A DNA stretch of 64,000 bases from the NCBI RefSeq assembly GCF_006345805.1, contig NC_043002.1, positions 9,362,001 through 9,426,000 on the forward strand. Reading direction: 5' to 3'. How positions within the stretch are numbered: position 1 is the first letter of the stretch; each line of letters begins with the position of its first letter. This stretch comes from Octopus sinensis. Its lineage: Eukaryota. The notes beneath the pieces were generated by a model. It was not told the DNA's origin. It did no database searches and saw nothing but the letters and a program-made list of their open reading frames with translations. Positions 61,376-64,000 of the stretch are shown one piece after another. A program made the position numbers and the translations under genes.

Positions 61376-62544
61376 TGAAAGAAAAATTGTTTACTGTTAT
61401 TCATTTCGTTTTAGCATTTGTTTTAAGTCCTGTTCCATATACACTCCTCCAAAAAAATAACTATTACTAACCTTCACATTGAAACTCATCCTGCCATGCT
61501 AAATACATTGGACAATTTTCTTCCTGATAGATAATAATTTTGAATTTTCATGACTGGAATGCATGTGATCAAATAGAAAGGCAGTTGAATTATTTCTATA
61601 AAGGAAAATTTGTTGAATTTATTTTTTCCTTTTTTCGATTTAACTCGATTGAAATATATTCAGGTAAGTTTCCTTGTGATGTGAAACACAAAACGTAAGT
61701 TAAGAGAGCAGAAACGTAGCCTAGGGACATTTAAATAAAGAGCTTCTTATCGAGAATGGTTTTAACTGTCAAGTGAAAATATCCAGCAGTTTGGCGGGAA
61801 AGTTTAACTAGGTCACAAGCAGCAATGGTTTCCTTTGTGTCCCGAGAGAAGTAATTTCCTCTCACGTTCAAAAATCATCTACACTTTCATCTAGCTAACT
61901 TCCACCACCATCTCCACAATAAATCTGGCTTACTAGGTCACTCATATATACAAAAAAAGGGATTAAAATAAACAACCTTACCATCTTACTTTAATCTGAT
62001 TGTTTTGGGTGATTTTTTGTATATTCATATTTGCAACATTTTATATATATATATATATAAATATATATCTTACAAGGTTTGGAGATGATGTACAGGTATT
62101 TTATATTAGAAGAAATGAGGTACTCAGAAATTCGGATGGTTTTATATTTACAGATATTTATTTGTATATTACATGTTTTTATACATCATATATCATACAA
62201 CATATATTAGCGCTTTCGTCCATTCTAGTGGAGTCTTCAAATTGAACTAAGTTCTTGGGGAAAATTTGACTATTTTTATAGTGTTATTGAGTGTGTAGTG
62301 GTGGGGAAGGATATAAGATAGTACAAAAGGGTGATGAATGGGGAGAAAGTGAGAGAGAGCATGTGTGTGCATATATACATATATAAAGTAAGCAGAAAAT
62401 GGAGAAATGTTGATCAACAACAATTGACTAATATCAATTATTACTTTAATACAAAGACTTCATCCCATCTAACAGCTGTTTCTGCTTCCAATGTTCCATG
62501 GCATTGCCATTGAAAATTCTGAGAATAATATTCATCATATTTTG

Positions 62545-62960
62545 CGTCGCCTTACTGGCACTTGTGCCCGTGCTAGTAGGGTGCCTAGAGCACCATCAAG
62601 GCGTGATCGTTGCCAGAGCAGCCAACTGGCTTCTGTGCCAGTGGCACATAAAAGGGCACCATTCGAGCATGATCGTTACCAACGTCGCCTTACTAGCACC
62701 TGTGCTGGTGGCATGTGTAAAAAGATTTGAGCGAGGTCATTGCCAGTACCACCTGACTGGCCCCCGTGCTGGTGGCACGTAAAAAGCACCCACTACACTC
62801 TCGGAGTGGTTGGCGTTAGGAAGGGCATCCAGCTGTAGAAACACTGCCAGATCAAGATTGGAGCCTGGTGCAGCCATCTGGTTCGCCAGCCCTCAGTCAA
62901 AATCGTCCAACCCATGCTAGCATGGAAAGCAGACGTTAAACAATGATGATGATGATGGTG
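62545..62960 (+). mobile_element. RTE LINE 3' end (subfamily of 11096-11567)
   Basis: ACCATTCGAGCATGATCG subunits and tail. Confidence 0.85.
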
Positions 62961-63819
62961 ACCTGATCTGGAACATGGAGCTTCATCAGAGTGAGTAAAA
63001 ATACAGAAAAGAAGAGCCTTGAGAAAAAGAATAAAGGCTTAATATATTTAAATCCTACCATTTTGCAATGAGATGCTTCAGGACATTGAGTAAATGACTA
63101 AACTAAAAATATTACTGGGTGGGTTAATCTTTCTTTAGGGGTGACAGGGTATATAAATAATAAAAAGGTAAAATGAATACTTTACCATAACCGGATACGC
63201 CAATAGGTCTAGAAAAAGAGGGAGTGATAGTGCTAAAATTTTAGAAGTAATCATAATAGTTAAGATTATATTAATAGTACTAATAATTAGTTTATCGTAA
63301 TAAAATTTGCATCAATTAACTACAATTATTTACTTAATGATATGTTGTAAAGACCAACCACTTATTGCCTGTAATGGGATTGACCAAAGTCCAGCTTTTG
63401 ATATAATTCATCATCATCATCATCGTTTAACGTCCACTTTCCATGCTAGCATGGGTTGGACGATTTGTATAAAGGACACACACACAGACAGACATTTTGC
63501 CATTTATATATATATATGGAGATGTAAAAAAAAATGGGCTGCAGCTCTGTCATGCCTTCTTTGGTCATGGTGATGACTGCTGCTTCATCTCAGAGTCATA
63601 CCTGTAGAGCCAACTCATGTCACCTGTGATGATACTTGACATGAAGAATCAGTCATCAGTGGCATGCTGATGGAGATCTTGACAGACTTCAATGTGATGT
63701 CCTTTCAGCTATGTGGATACATGTAGAGAAGGCTTCATACTGCTTGTTTAATAATTGTGTTGGGTTATGTGACAAGATTTGCAGAGATTCCTTCCAACAC
63801 AAGACAACCGGGGTCATGT

Positions 63820-64000
63820 TGTCATGCCGGAGGCACGTAAAAAGCACCATCCGAATGTGGCCGATGCCAGTGCCGCCTTGACTGGCTTCCGTGTCAGTGG
63901 CACGTAAAAAGCACCAACCGATCGTGGCCGTTGCCAGCCTCACCTGGCACCTGTGCCGGTAGCACATAAAAAGCACCATCTGAACGTGGCCAATGCCAGC
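63820..64000 (+). mobile_element. RTE 3' UTR subunit array (runs off the window)
   Basis: Repeated GGCACGTAAAAAGCACC. Confidence 0.8.

Noticed and set aside
61640-62260. Isolated splice-like motifs (CAG|GTAAGT at ~61663; AG..CAG|GTA at ~62075-62100)
   Set aside because: No coherent reading frame or recognisable protein; expected by chance in AT-rich DNA.
62545-64000. Repeat-spacer appearance (GGCACGTAAAAAGCACC plus variable linkers) resembling a CRISPR array
   Set aside because: Linkers are homologous to each other and recur in dispersed copies, the arrays are part of a LINE 3' UTR, there are no cas genes, and the context is eukaryotic.

Overview
AT-rich, repeat-dense animal DNA, most likely a cephalopod (Octopus-like); this is inferred from the repeat repertoire and huge (TA/CA)n arrays, not proven. 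Two intron-rich genes lie head-to-head with ATGs 600 bp apart. On the minus strand is an RSBN1/RSBN1L-family gene: exon 1 at 30863-31532, a 26.9-kb intron 1, exon 2 at 2550-3987, and the rest apparently left of the window. On the plus strand is a complete 8-exon SET/TAF-I (NAP-family histone chaperone) gene, CDS 32132-50636, 315 aa. SET intron 1 has all hallmarks of a minor-spliceosome (U12) intron. The introns and flanks are a TE mosaic: about 14 RTE LINE 3' ends, BovB-like, RTE-X, CR1 and HERO fragments, a Gypsy LTR element, three piggyBac TIR families, Tigger, Tc1, non-autonomous Helitrons, MITEs and three SINE families. Reading both strands revealed three minimal type-I hammerhead ribozyme folds with palindromic stem III (Penelope/retrozyme type), each in the sense orientation of its host pre-mRNA. 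There is no CRISPR array and no true tRNA or rRNA gene. All alignments and folds were done by eye; TE boundaries without a TIR or TSD are approximate.
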